Positions 50,118-60,577 of a stretch of DNA of 64,000 nt are shown piece after piece. A program made the position numbers and the translations under genes. Under the pieces are notes generated by a model. It saw nothing but the letters and a program-made list of their open reading frames with translations. It had not been told where the DNA came from and searched no databases. Numbering within the stretch: the stretch's first letter is position 1; each line of letters begins with the position of its first letter. Source of the stretch: an uncultured delta proteobacterium. GTDB lineage: Bacteria > Desulfobacterota > Desulfobacteria > Desulfobacterales > B30-G6. The stretch covers positions 128,001-192,000 of the forward strand of contig CAWGLD010000001.1 in NCBI GenBank assembly GCA_963823335.1, read 5' to 3'.

Positions 50118-51041
50118 TCAAGAAATGCTTGGCTCTGCCTGCGCCAGCAATGCTGAGACCTTGTCCCGTCCGCCTTCCTTTGAACCATACAAGGCCTTGT
50201 CAGCCCTTTGGATAAAGGTAGCCAGGTCTTCCGGGGGGTTGTAGGCGGTCATGCCGATACTGATGGTAACGGATGCATTCTTTCCGGGCTCAGGGGTAAA
50301 GACAATTTCTTTGATGGCTTTCCGGATTCTTTGCGCAACAGTGAGAGCTTCTTCGCTGTCGGTCTCGGGAAGGATGATGGTAAACTCTTCACCCCCGTAC
50401 CGGTAAGCCGAGTCCATTTTCCGCAGCAGCAGCTTGACCACCTGCCCGAGACGCAACAGCACTTTGTCCCCCTCGAGATGGCCGTAACGGTCGTTGTAGT
50501 CCTTGAAATGATCGATATCCAGAATAAGCATGGTCAGCGGGTGGCTGTAACGTGTGGATCTGTCGACTTCACTCTTGAGCTGGTTGTAGAAATGCCTTGA
50601 GTTATATAGATTGGTAAGACCGTCAGTAATGGACAGCTTCTTCAGTTTCTCGAGCATCTGCAGACGTTCGTTTGTCAGCTTGCGCTCTTTCAGCACCCTT
50701 TTCAATCTGAGGATCAGCTCTTCGAACCGGACCGGTTTGAATACCAGGTCGCTGGCACCTTTGCTAATGGCCTCTTCATAGGAATAGTCGCCGGAGTATC
50801 CCGTCAGTACGATGACATCGATATTGTAATCTTTCTTGATCACATCCGTGAGCTCAAGACCATCCATTCCCGGAAGCATGATATCCGTAATAACGACATC
50901 GACCTGATGTTCTGCAAGCAGCACCAAGGCCTCTTCTGCGCTTTCGGCCGTCAAGGTCCTGAATCCGGACACGGTCACGAATTCCTGCATGGACAGTCGG
51001 ATGCCTTCTTCATCATCAACGATAAGTATGTCCGCTTCCAC
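50118..51041 (-). CDS. Response regulator / diguanylate cyclase (REC-GGDEF)
   Basis: ILIVDDE, DGLTNLYN, DIDHFK, RYGGEEF, RADKALY. Confidence 0.92.
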   Translation of the reverse strand: MEADILIVDDEEGIRLSMQEFVTVSGFRTLTAESAEEALVLLAEHQVDVVITDIMLPGMDGLELTDVIKKDYNIDVIVLTGYSGDYSYEEAISKGASDLVFKPVRFEELILRLKRVLKERKLTNERLQMLEKLKKLSITDGLTNLYNSRHFYNQLKSEVDRSTRYSHPLTMLILDIDHFKDYNDRYGHLEGDKVLLRLGQVVKLLLRKMDSAYRYGGEEFTIILPETDSEEALTVAQRIRKAIKEIVFTPEPGKNASVTISIGMTAYNPPEDLATFIQRADKALYGSKEGGRDKVSALLAQAEPSIS

Positions 51042-51217
51042 TGTATCGCATTTCCTTTTTGCTGTCGAACCGGTTAATGGAACACCTGGTTGACATGGGT
51101 ACCATAAAATTGATAAGTAGTCTGATTCCGGATGACCCGCTCATTAAACAGGTATAATAACCGGATAGAAATTGACTGTCAACCGGCAATAAGAAAACGT
51201 GTAGCAATTGTTTTGAA

Positions 51218-53014
51218 ATGAAAAACATCAGAAATTTCAGCATTATCGCCCATATCGACCATGGCAAGTCCACACTGTGCGACCGATTTATTCAGTCTAC
51301 GGATATGGTTTCGGACCGGGACTTCAAGGATCAAATCCTGGATACCATGGATATCGAAAGAGAACGGGGAATTACCATCAAAAGCCAGACCGTGTGCCTG
51401 CCTTACACGGCCCTGGACGGCATGACCTATCATCTCAACCTCATCGACACGCCCGGTCATGTGGATTTCACCTATGAAGTCTCCAGGGCGCTGAAATCCT
51501 GTGAGGGCGCTTTGCTGCTGATCGATGCAAGCCAGGGCGTGGAAGCCCAGACCCTGGCAAATCTATATCTTGCAATGGAACACAACCTGGAGATCATCCC
51601 CGTCATCAACAAGATAGATCTGCCGTCCGCCGATATTGACAGGGTCATGGTGCAGATAGAAGAAGACCTGGGTCTTGACCCCGAAACTGCAATCCAGGTT
51701 TCGGCAAAAGAAGGCATCGGTATCGAAGCGTTGCTGGAAAGAATCGTCCAGAAACTGCCGCACCCCACCGGAGATGCCGATGCCCCTTTAAAAGCCCTCA
51801 TCTTTGACTCCCACTACGATCCCTTCAGGGGAACCATCGTTAATTTTCGTATATTCCAAGGAACCATCAGACCGGGAGACCGCATCAAGTTCATGTCCAA
51901 CAATGCGGTCTACAAAGTCGAGGAGGTCGGGGTCTTCCAGATTGTTCGTGTTCCCCGTAAAAAGCTGACCGCCGGTGAGGTGGGCTATATGATTGCCGGC
52001 ATCAAGACAGTCAGCGACACCCGTTGTGGGGACACCATTACCCTGAGAGACAATCCCTGTGATGCAGCCCACTCTGGGTTCAAAGAAACCAAACCGGTCG
52101 TTTTTTCATCCATATACCCGGTGGCCTCGGATGGATATGAGGACCTGGCGACAGCCCTTGAAAAATTGAAGCTCAACGACGCCGCCCTGATCTACGAAAA
52201 AGACGCATCCGTGGCACTTGGTTTCGGGTTCCGGTGCGGTTTTCTGGGTCTGCTTCACCTGGAGGTTGTGCAGGAACGACTGGAACGCGAATATGACCTG
52301 TCCCTGATTTTAACGGCGCCGTCTGTTCGCTATATCATTATCCTGAACGACGGCAGCGAGCTTGTCATCGACAACCCGGCCCTGTACCCGGATCCCACCA
52401 CCATCGAAAAAACCAAAGAGCCGTTTATCCGCGCCTCCATCATGGTGCCGGATAGATACATGGGCGCCGTCATGAAACTCTGTCTTGACCGCCGGGGTAT
52501 CAACAAAAATTACCAGTACCTGACAAACAATCGCCTGGAAATGATATTCGAACTACCCCTGTCGGAAGTGATCTATGATTTTTATGACAAGCTGAAATCC
52601 GTCACCCAGGGGTATGGCTCTTTTGATTACGAAGTCATCGATTACCGCGAGACCAGCATGGTCAAGCTGGACATCCTCATCAACGGCGAACGGGTCGATG
52701 CCCTGTCGCAACTGGTTCACAGAGACCGGGCAGAAGAGCGTGGCCGGCATGCCTGTACCCAGCTTCGGGAGGAAATTCCGCGGCAGATGTTTAAAATAGC
52801 GATTCAAGGCGCCATCGGCGGAAAAATTGTGGCCCGCAAGACCGTCTCCCCCTTTCGCAAAGATGTGACGGCCAAGTGTTATGGCGGAGATATCACGCGG
52901 AAACGAAAACTTTTGGAAAAACAGAGAAAAGGCAAAAAGCGCATGAAAATGGTCGGGAAAGTCATGATTCCCCAGTCCGCCTTTTTGTCGGTGTTAAAGA
53001 CGGATAGCGATTAG
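51218..53014 (+). CDS. lepA: Elongation factor 4
   Basis: AHIDHGKST, ERERGITIK, GFRCGFLGLLH, KCYGGDITRKRKLL. Confidence 0.97.
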   Translation: MKNIRNFSIIAHIDHGKSTLCDRFIQSTDMVSDRDFKDQILDTMDIERERGITIKSQTVCLPYTALDGMTYHLNLIDTPGHVDFTYEVSRALKSCEGALLLIDASQGVEAQTLANLYLAMEHNLEIIPVINKIDLPSADIDRVMVQIEEDLGLDPETAIQVSAKEGIGIEALLERIVQKLPHPTGDADAPLKALIFDSHYDPFRGTIVNFRIFQGTIRPGDRIKFMSNNAVYKVEEVGVFQIVRVPRKKLTAGEVGYMIAGIKTVSDTRCGDTITLRDNPCDAAHSGFKETKPVVFSSIYPVASDGYEDLATALEKLKLNDAALIYEKDASVALGFGFRCGFLGLLHLEVVQERLEREYDLSLILTAPSVRYIIILNDGSELVIDNPALYPDPTTIEKTKEPFIRASIMVPDRYMGAVMKLCLDRRGINKNYQYLTNNRLEMIFELPLSEVIYDFYDKLKSVTQGYGSFDYEVIDYRETSMVKLDILINGERVDALSQLVHRDRAEERGRHACTQLREEIPRQMFKIAIQGAIGGKIVARKTVSPFRKDVTAKCYGGDITRKRKLLEKQRKGKKRMKMVGKVMIPQSAFLSVLKTDSD

Positions 53015-53082
53015 AAGCGGTTTTAGGTTTTAGGTTTTAAGTTTTAGGTAAGCTCCGAGCTATACACCGTGAACAACAATAA

Positions 53083-53157
53083 ATGACGGCCGCAGGCCTG
53101 ATGACGCGCGAAGCGCAAATGACACCCGAAGGGTTAATGACACCGCAGGTAAATGAC
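53083..53157 (+). repeat. Tandem array of ATGAC + mini-hairpin units
   Basis: ATGAC at 53083, 53101, 53119, 53137 and 53153, separated by GNA-loop hairpins. Confidence 0.75.
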
Positions 53158-53181
53158 AGCCAACAACGAATAGGAGAACGC

Positions 53182-54474
53182 ATGGGCAAAACCATTGCCG
53201 AAAAAATTTTTGATTCACACCTGATCGACAACCCGCATGGCGATATCCACATCATCCGCCTCGATGCAGTCTTCTGTCACGAGATTACGACCCCCATGGC
53301 CATCAACGACCTGAGCCAGAGAGGCAAAGACAAGGTCTTTGATCCAGACAAAATCAAAGTGGTCATCGATCATGTTTCCCCGGCCAAGGACTCAAAAACA
53401 GCCCTGCAGGGAAAAATTCTCAGGGACTGGGCACGCCGCCACCAGATTAGCGATTTTTTTGATATCGGTCGTAACGGTGTCTGCCATGCACTTTTTCCGG
53501 AAAAAGGCTTTGTCCGTCCCGGGTTCACCATCACCATGGGAGATTCCCACACCTGTACCCATGGCGCGTTTGGCGCATTTTCACCCGGTGTCGGCACAAC
53601 GGACACGGAAGTCGCTATCCTCAAGGGGATCTGTGCTTTTCATTATCCAAAAACCATCAAAATCGCCATCTCCGGCAAACTGAAAGCAGGCGTCTATGCC
53701 AAAGATGTGATTCTATATATCATCGGAAAGATCGGCGTCAATGGCGCCACGGACAAGGTTATCGAGTTTGCCGGACCGGTTGTGGACGAAATGGATATGG
53801 CCGCCAGAATGACCCTTTGCAACATGGCGGTTGAAGCGGGTGGCACCTGTGGCATCTGTTATCCGGATATGCACACTGTCGATTATCTCTGGCCCCATAT
53901 CCAGACGGATTACGCTTCCAAGAAGACCGCCCTCGAAGCATTTCAACCCCTGGCATCGGATCCGGATGCTGACTATGAGGCCGTCATCGCCATGGATGTC
54001 AGTGAGCTGACCCCCATGGCAACCCATGGAAACCAGCCCGACAGTGTCAAGCCGGTTGAAGAAATGCAGGGCACCGTCGTGGATCAGGTGTATATCGGGT
54101 CCTGCACCAATGGACGCATAGAAGATCTTCAGGCTGCGGCACAAGCCCTGGGAGGCAACAAAATCAGCCCCCGGGTTCGCGCAATTCTCTCCCCTGCAAC
54201 TCCGGAAACGTATCAAAAAGCACTGGATCAGGGGCTCATCAAGACATTTATGGAAGCCGGGTTTTGTGTCACCAATCCTACCTGCGGGGCCTGCCTGGGC
54301 ATGAGTAACGGCGTGTTGGCGGAAGGGGAGGTCTGTGCATCCACCACGAATCGAAATTTCAACGGCAGAATGGGCAAAGGCGGCCAGATACACCTGATGA
54401 GCCCTGCCACCGCCGCTGCCACAGCAGTCGCCGGTCACATCACCAATTCGACACTCTACAGGAAAAACACATAA
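53182..54474 (+). CDS. leuC: 3-isopropylmalate dehydratase large subunit (LeuC/HacA type)
   Basis: GDSHTCTHGA, RMTLCNMAVE, IGSCTNGR, CGACLG, TNRNF. Confidence 0.88.
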   Translation: MGKTIAEKIFDSHLIDNPHGDIHIIRLDAVFCHEITTPMAINDLSQRGKDKVFDPDKIKVVIDHVSPAKDSKTALQGKILRDWARRHQISDFFDIGRNGVCHALFPEKGFVRPGFTITMGDSHTCTHGAFGAFSPGVGTTDTEVAILKGICAFHYPKTIKIAISGKLKAGVYAKDVILYIIGKIGVNGATDKVIEFAGPVVDEMDMAARMTLCNMAVEAGGTCGICYPDMHTVDYLWPHIQTDYASKKTALEAFQPLASDPDADYEAVIAMDVSELTPMATHGNQPDSVKPVEEMQGTVVDQVYIGSCTNGRIEDLQAAAQALGGNKISPRVRAILSPATPETYQKALDQGLIKTFMEAGFCVTNPTCGACLGMSNGVLAEGEVCASTTNRNFNGRMGKGGQIHLMSPATAAATAVAGHITNSTLYRKNT

Positions 54475-54998
54475 TGAAATCTTTTAATGGAAAGGTTCTT
54501 TTTCTAGATCGATCAGATATCAACACGGATGAAATCATCCCCGCAAAATATCTAACGGAGATTTCCAAAGAGGCCCTCAAACCCCATCTGCTGGAGGACT
54601 TGAGTCTTGAAGGGTTCGAACCCCAGACAGACCATGCAGACAAAAACGTCATCGTCTCCCGGTCCAATTTTGGCTGTGGCTCCTCCCGGGAGCATGCGCC
54701 CTGGGCCCTGGAAGTTAACGACATCAACCTGGTCATTGCCCAAAGCTTCGCCCGGATTTTCCGGCAGAACATGTACAACAACGGTATGATGGCCCTGGCG
54801 CTTCCTGCAGAAACCATCGACAGACTCTTTTCCGATTTTTCAGCGTCGGAAACCACCCTCGAAACCGACCTCCATCAGCAGGTTTTTATTTTCAGAACCG
54901 CCAACCACGAAGAACGTGTACCCTTCAACCTGTCCGGGTTTGACCGCGAGCTGGTTGAGGCGGGTGGTTGGGTGGAGTATGCGGATAGCAGGTACTAA
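54474..54998 (+). CDS. leuD: 3-isopropylmalate dehydratase small subunit
   Basis: INTDEIIPA, NFGCGSSREHA, SFARIF. Confidence 0.88.
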   Translation: MKSFNGKVLFLDRSDINTDEIIPAKYLTEISKEALKPHLLEDLSLEGFEPQTDHADKNVIVSRSNFGCGSSREHAPWALEVNDINLVIAQSFARIFRQNMYNNGMMALALPAETIDRLFSDFSASETTLETDLHQQVFIFRTANHEERVPFNLSGFDRELVEAGGWVEYADSRY

Positions 54999-55082
54999 GT
55001 AAGGGTCGGAGGGTTCGAGGGTGATACAAGGGTTGGAGGGTGGCTGACAGCTATTAGCGGACAGCAGCTTAAAGCTTATGGC

Positions 55083-55922
55083 TTATCGCTTCCCGATTAC
55101 CCGATTTTCGATGAATCCGATTTTCTCGATTTCGCATTTTATGACACTGCCCGGTTGGAGCAGGACGGGGGGATCTCTGTAAATACCCACCCCCGAAGGG
55201 GTGCCGGTGGAAATGATATCACCAGGTAATAGCGTAATGTCCCTGGAGATATATTCGATAATAAAGGGGATCTTGAAAATCAAATCACCGGTGTTCCCTT
55301 CCTGCATGCAGATACCGTCCAGATGGGCTGTGATGCGCAGATCTTCCACGTCACCCATCTCGTCACGGGTCACCAGGCAGGGACCCATCGGCGCAAACGT
55401 GTCAAAGGACTTACCCCTGAAGAATTGTCCATCTCCATACTGTGCATCCCGGCCCGACACATCATTCATGACACAGAACCCGGCCACATACGCGTAGGCG
55501 TCTGCGGCCCGGATCCCTTTGCCTTCCCGGCCCATCACGACGGCCAGTTCCACTTCCCAGTCCACTTGACCGGCGCTTGCAGGCAGCAGGATGGGGTCGA
55601 AGGGTCCGTTGAGGGTGTTCATGGCCTTTGAAAAAAGAATCGGTTTTTCAGGGTTCTTGAAGCCCCCTTCCCTGGCGTGTTCGGCATAGTTTTTCCCAAG
55701 ACAGATAATCTTGGACGGCCAGTGCAGCGGACATCCCAGACGCACATCCATCTCGACACCCGGGTCCGTCACCCGGCCGACCTTTGTCAACCAGCCATCC
55801 CGGAAAAAAGGCCATCCAATATCGGGGATATCTGGATAATGTTTCCGTAAATCGACAATACGACCCTCTTTCCAGAGACCGGGACGCTCGCTCCCTTTTT
55901 CACCAAACCGAATGAGACGCAT
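55083..55922 (-). CDS. Fumarylacetoacetate hydrolase family protein
   Basis: KIICLGKNY, DWEVEL, NDVSGRD, GKSFDTF, TGTPSGV. Confidence 0.92.
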   Translation of the reverse strand: MRLIRFGEKGSERPGLWKEGRIVDLRKHYPDIPDIGWPFFRDGWLTKVGRVTDPGVEMDVRLGCPLHWPSKIICLGKNYAEHAREGGFKNPEKPILFSKAMNTLNGPFDPILLPASAGQVDWEVELAVVMGREGKGIRAADAYAYVAGFCVMNDVSGRDAQYGDGQFFRGKSFDTFAPMGPCLVTRDEMGDVEDLRITAHLDGICMQEGNTGDLIFKIPFIIEYISRDITLLPGDIISTGTPSGVGIYRDPPVLLQPGSVIKCEIEKIGFIENRVIGKR

Positions 55923-56100
55923 GGGGTTCCTCCCTCTATTTCACTATCTGTTTAGTTTAAGCTGACGAATGGAGCATGTTAAGATTCGTAACAGCTCCAA
56001 ACGCGGTGTGGATGGTTCGGAAGGATAGAGGGGTAGAGGGGTGGAGGGTTGGAGGGTAGCAGACAGTTATCCGCCATAAGCAGTAAATTGCTTTCAGCTA

Positions 56101-56280
56101 CCCTTCAACCCTCAGACCCTGCTCTTTTCTCTCCGACCCTGGTGTTCCCCCTCCAAACCTCCAACCCTTCAACCCTCAGACCCTGCTCTTTTCTCTCCGA
56201 CCCTGGTGTTCCCCCTCCAAACCTCCAACCCTTCAACCCTCAAACCCTGCTCTTTCCCCTCCAACCCTTCACCCCTCAGA
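56101..56280. repeat. 64-bp pyrimidine-rich tandem repeat (2 full units + partial)
   Basis: CCCTTCAACCCTCAGACCCTGCTCTTTTCTCTCCGACCCTGGTGTTCCCCCTCCAAACCTCCAA at 56101 and 56165. Confidence 0.85.
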
Positions 56281-57030
56281 CCCCGGCTTTTTCTGCCCAT
56301 CCTGATAACGCTTCTCACCATACCAGTTTACCTGACGGATGATACCCCGTATCATACTGACTTCCCTGGCCCTCAGCTGCAAACGGGTAAAAAACCGGCG
56401 CAGGCTGTTGATGAAGTGATCCGGATTGTCGGCATTGATATAGCTGATCCGAACCAGGATTTCCTTGAGCTGCCGGTACATGCCGTCGAGCTCGTGTCGG
56501 TTGGCAAGCCTGGGTGTAAAAACGGTGGGCTGTTCCAGCCGGGACATAAACAGGGTATAGGAAACGATCATGACCGCCTGGGCCAGATTCAGAGATGAAA
56601 AATCAGCCGTGGGAATATTCACCAGCGCGTGGCAAAGCCGGGTGTCCTCATTGGAAAGACCCTTGTCCTCCGGTCCGAACAAGATCGCCACGCGATTTTC
56701 CTGGGAGATGGGTATCAGCTGGCCGGCCAGTCTTTCCGGTGTCTGGATAACCTGCCGATGTTTGCCCAGACGGGCGGTGGTCCCGACCACATAGTGGCAG
56801 GATGCTAGGGCCTCTTCCAAATCATCATATGTCCGACAACGTTCTACGACGTCCGCCGCAGCGTGGGTAGCTAGTTTAAAGGCCCTGGTACGATCGAAAT
56901 TTTCCGGAGCCACCACCGAAAGATGGTGCAGGCCCATATTTCGCATGGCTCTGGCAGCCGATCCGATATTCTCGGGATAGCGGGGTTTCTGAAGAACGAT
57001 GTGGATGTTATCGAGATTGATCGTATCCAT
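56269..57030 (-). CDS. SPOUT tRNA/rRNA methyltransferase (TrmJ/LasT-like)
   Basis: NIGSAARAMRNMG, GTTAR, FGPEDKGL, SSLNLAQAV. Confidence 0.9.
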   Translation of the reverse strand: MDTINLDNIHIVLQKPRYPENIGSAARAMRNMGLHHLSVVAPENFDRTRAFKLATHAAADVVERCRTYDDLEEALASCHYVVGTTARLGKHRQVIQTPERLAGQLIPISQENRVAILFGPEDKGLSNEDTRLCHALVNIPTADFSSLNLAQAVMIVSYTLFMSRLEQPTVFTPRLANRHELDGMYRQLKEILVRISYINADNPDHFINSLRRFFTRLQLRAREVSMIRGIIRQVNWYGEKRYQDGQKKPGSEG

Positions 57031-57160
57031 CAGGCTTGCGTATTTAATGAGGTAATCTTTTGTTTAAGGAAAAATACAATCACGAATTTTTATTCTTCTT
57101 TCGTGATTTCGCCTCTTCGTGCTTTCGTGATGAAAAATATGCTTTTTCGGCCATCCGGTT

Positions 57161-57577
57161 TCAGACAACAATCTCGAAACTGTTGAAGAAATAGTTGATT
57201 TCAACCGCAGCTGTTTCGGGCGCATCCGACCCATGCACGACGTTTTTCTCGATGTCGGTGGCAAAATCCCTGCGGATGGTCCCCTCTTCCGCATCCTTAT
57301 AATTGGTGGCACCCATGAGGGTTCGATAGCGTTTGATGACATCTTCACCTTCCAGCACCATAACGAGTGCCGGACCGGAGGACATGAAATCGCACAGACT
57401 GTCAAAAAACGGCCTTTCCTTGTGAACAGCATAGAATCCTTCGGCCTGGGACCTGGTCATGTGCAGCATCTTCATCGCTATGATGTGCATCTCACTATTT
57501 TCGAGTCGTTTAATCACTTCGCCCATCAGCCCGCGGCCGACGGCATCCGGTTTAACAATTGACAATGTTCTTTCCAT
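57161..57577 (-). CDS. ndk: Nucleoside diphosphate kinase
   Basis: [22 protein letters not shown]. Confidence 0.96.
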   Translation of the reverse strand: MERTLSIVKPDAVGRGLMGEVIKRLENSEMHIIAMKMLHMTRSQAEGFYAVHKERPFFDSLCDFMSSGPALVMVLEGEDVIKRYRTLMGATNYKDAEEGTIRRDFATDIEKNVVHGSDAPETAAVEINYFFNSFEIVV

Positions 57578-57802
57578 CCTGTGCTTCCTTTCTGCTTGGT
57601 TGCTGCTTTATCGTTTATTTATCCGTCTCCCAGCGGATGCATCTACATCCGGACGGCAAGTTCCTATAACCCATAGGCAGATGCAAGGCAATATATTTCC
57701 TTTGGTCTTTCTGTTTGACATTGCAGACCTGTGTATTAATATCTTTGTTTTGTCCATGCAATGCATCATACAAACTCTTAGGACAGGTAAAGGAAAATCA
57801 CT

Positions 57803-58534
57803 ATGGACACCATTGAATTGTCAGTGGAAGAATTCATCGCCGAACAGCATAGAATAAGCAATAAACGCCTGCCGGCCTCTAAACTGAAACAAAGTGCCTC
57901 CATTCCCGTCATTACCGTGTGTCTCGAGCCCGGAAGCGGTGGCCGCCTGATTGCCGAGGAGCTCGCTAAACGGCTGAATTTCACGCTCTTCGACAAGAAC
58001 ATTCTTATTACAATGGCCAATACCGCTGCCGTGGAAAGCAAGTCACTGGACACCATCGAACAGCAAAGACCCTCCGGAATCCAGGATTTTATCACTTCAC
58101 TTATGGACAAGAATTACGTTTACACGGGTGACTACGTTGGCTTTCTTAAGCAACAAGTCGAAATTATCGGTAAACTTGGACGAGGGGTCATTGTCGGACG
58201 GGGAGCCAATTTCATTCTTCCGCCCCAAGACAGATTCAGTATCCGCGTCATTGCCCCCCTGGATACCCGCATCAGAAATGTTTCGTTCAGGAATGGCGTT
58301 TCCCTGACTGAGGCCAGGAAGAGGATCAAAAACCGTGAACAGCGGCGCAAAACATTTATCCGCGAAACATTTCGTGAGGATATTGCAGATATCATGCACT
58401 ACGACTTGATCATCAACACGGCGCGCATGGATCTTGACACGGCCGTGGAATCCGTCATCGGCGCCGTTATCGGCTCTCAAACAAATAGAACCTTCGAAAA
58501 AGAAACTTCCTACATTCTAAAAGGCAAAAGGTAG
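57803..58534 (+). CDS. Cytidylate kinase-like family protein
   Basis: ITVCLEPGSGG, VIVGRGANFIL, YDLIINT. Confidence 0.8.
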   Translation: MDTIELSVEEFIAEQHRISNKRLPASKLKQSASIPVITVCLEPGSGGRLIAEELAKRLNFTLFDKNILITMANTAAVESKSLDTIEQQRPSGIQDFITSLMDKNYVYTGDYVGFLKQQVEIIGKLGRGVIVGRGANFILPPQDRFSIRVIAPLDTRIRNVSFRNGVSLTEARKRIKNREQRRKTFIRETFREDIADIMHYDLIINTARMDLDTAVESVIGAVIGSQTNRTFEKETSYILKGKR

Positions 58535-58538
58535 CACA

Positions 58539-60392
58539 TTGAAACTCTATCGTTTACTGGTTCTTTTTCTGTTCCTTCCCGTTTTGGCATGGGCATCCGA
58601 GGGTTCTTCCGTCACGGTGGTTACGGACTTTACAAGCTCTATTTACGGGTATCTGGGGTTGCTGTTGTTCATCCTGGCCTACACCCTGGTCACCATGGAA
58701 AACAAGCTGGAATTGAGAAAGAGCAAACCGGTTCTTTTTGCGGCGGGTCTGATCTGGATTCTGGTTGCCCTGGCCTATGCCAGTATCGGTGATACCCATA
58801 CGGCTCACAATGCCATAAAGGCCAGTCTGCTGGAGTACGCAGAACTGTTTCTGTTTCTCCTGGTGGCCATGACGTACATCAACGCCCTCGAGGAAAGAAA
58901 TGTCTTTCAATCCCTTCGTGCACACCTGGTCTCCCGAGGCTATTCTTTTAAAACCATCTTCTGGATCACCGGGGCCCTTGCATTCTGTATCTCGCCGGTG
59001 GCCGACAATTTGACAACGGCCTTGCTCATGGGAGCGGTGATCATGGCGGTGGGAGGAACCAACAAAACCTTTATCGCCGTCGCATGCATCAATATCATTG
59101 TGGCGGCCAATGCGGGTGGCGCCTTCTCACCTTTTGGCGACATCACCACCCTCATGGTCTGGCAAAAGGGTAAAATTGAATTTTCACGGTTTCTATTCTT
59201 ATTGCTGCCTTCGCTCGTCAACTGGCTGATTCCGGCATTCTTTATGAGCCTGGCCGTGGAAAAAGCCACACCGGCCGTCACCGATGAAAAAGTCTCCATG
59301 AAAAAAGGTGCGCGCCGCATCATGGGTCTCTTTCTGATGACCATCTTCACGGCGGTCAGTTTTCACAATTTTCTGAATCTGCCACCGGCCACCGGCATGA
59401 TGCTGGGTCTCGGGTATATGGGTATTTTTTCATTCTTCTTGAAGAAAATGGAAGGGGTAGAGGAACGGTTCGACAACATTCTCGGTCAACGATCCCGCGA
59501 AACACTGCACCCGATTTACAAGCTGGTGAAGCAGCGAACCAACCTGACAAGCTATATCAACGAATTTACAGATCCTACATTCATGATCGACAACGACCAT
59601 CTGGTGACGCACTGGAACCCGGCCATGGAAAAGCTGTCCGGTGTCCAGGCAAAGGACGTGATTGGAACAAGCCGCCACTGGTACCCTTTTTATCGAAGAG
59701 AACGGCTGGTAATGGCCGACCTCGTTCTTGAAAATTTTTCCAAGGAAGAGATCGGACGGCACTACCATGGTCATCACAAACCCATTGCCCGCATAAAACA
59801 TGCCTATGAAGCGGCCGCATTTTTCCCCGATCTTGCAGAAAACGGCAAATGGCTGTCAATTGCGGCGGCAGTGGTAAGGGATGACAACGAAGCCGTCATC
59901 GGTGTCGTGGAGACCTTGCGCGACCACACCGAACAAAAGCAAAAGACATCCCATTTTGATATCATGAAACGAATTGCCCGGGCCGAATGGGATACACTGC
60001 TCTTTTTTTACGGTGTGATTCTATGCGTGGGCGGTTTGTCTCAATTCGGTTATCTGGGTCTGGTTTCCGGCTATCTGTATACCGATCTGGGCGCCACCGT
60101 TGCTAACACGCTTGTGGGTCTGATTTCTGCGGTGATCGATAACATCCCGGTGATGCTTGCCGTATTGATGATGGACCCGTCCATGTCGGAAGGGCAATGG
60201 CTGCTGGTCACCCTCACCGCCGGTACCGGCGGTAGCCTGCTCGCCATTGGTTCCGCGGCCGGTGTTGCCTTGATGGGCTCCGCACGGGGAATATACACAT
60301 TTGGGAGCCATCTGAAATGGGCCCCGGCCATTGCCGCCGGGTATGCAGCCAGTATTGCCGCCCATATGCTCATTAACGGCAAACTATTTTAA
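58539..60392 (+). CDS. nhaD: NhaD-type Na+/H+ antiporter with an inserted PAS/PAC domain
   Basis: KSKPVL, SPVADNLTTAL, AANAGGAFSPFGDITT, DTLLFFYG, DNIPV, GSAAGVALMG; PAS at ~59541-59942. Confidence 0.85.
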   Translation: MKLYRLLVLFLFLPVLAWASEGSSVTVVTDFTSSIYGYLGLLLFILAYTLVTMENKLELRKSKPVLFAAGLIWILVALAYASIGDTHTAHNAIKASLLEYAELFLFLLVAMTYINALEERNVFQSLRAHLVSRGYSFKTIFWITGALAFCISPVADNLTTALLMGAVIMAVGGTNKTFIAVACINIIVAANAGGAFSPFGDITTLMVWQKGKIEFSRFLFLLLPSLVNWLIPAFFMSLAVEKATPAVTDEKVSMKKGARRIMGLFLMTIFTAVSFHNFLNLPPATGMMLGLGYMGIFSFFLKKMEGVEERFDNILGQRSRETLHPIYKLVKQRTNLTSYINEFTDPTFMIDNDHLVTHWNPAMEKLSGVQAKDVIGTSRHWYPFYRRERLVMADLVLENFSKEEIGRHYHGHHKPIARIKHAYEAAAFFPDLAENGKWLSIAAAVVRDDNEAVIGVVETLRDHTEQKQKTSHFDIMKRIARAEWDTLLFFYGVILCVGGLSQFGYLGLVSGYLYTDLGATVANTLVGLISAVIDNIPVMLAVLMMDPSMSEGQWLLVTLTAGTGGSLLAIGSAAGVALMGSARGIYTFGSHLKWAPAIAAGYAASIAAHMLINGKLF

Positions 60393-60577
60393 TCCTTTCA
60401 TTCCGGCTTGACAAAAACCTGCAAACTATTTAATTGATGCTTTCAATATTATACCGCTTGTCATAATAATGTTCCGAAAATAGGATGGCGGCATAAGGGG
60501 TTGTAGCAGAAAAAAGGTCCTCATTCGGAACGTTTTTCTGACACCCCCTATATCACCATGATGGATGGGTTTGAAAG

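Noticed and set aside
53083-53157. ATGAC array as a mini-CRISPR or leucine attenuator
   Set aside because: The repeat is only 5 bp with 11-13-bp intervening segments; no Leu-codon-rich leader peptide or terminator follows
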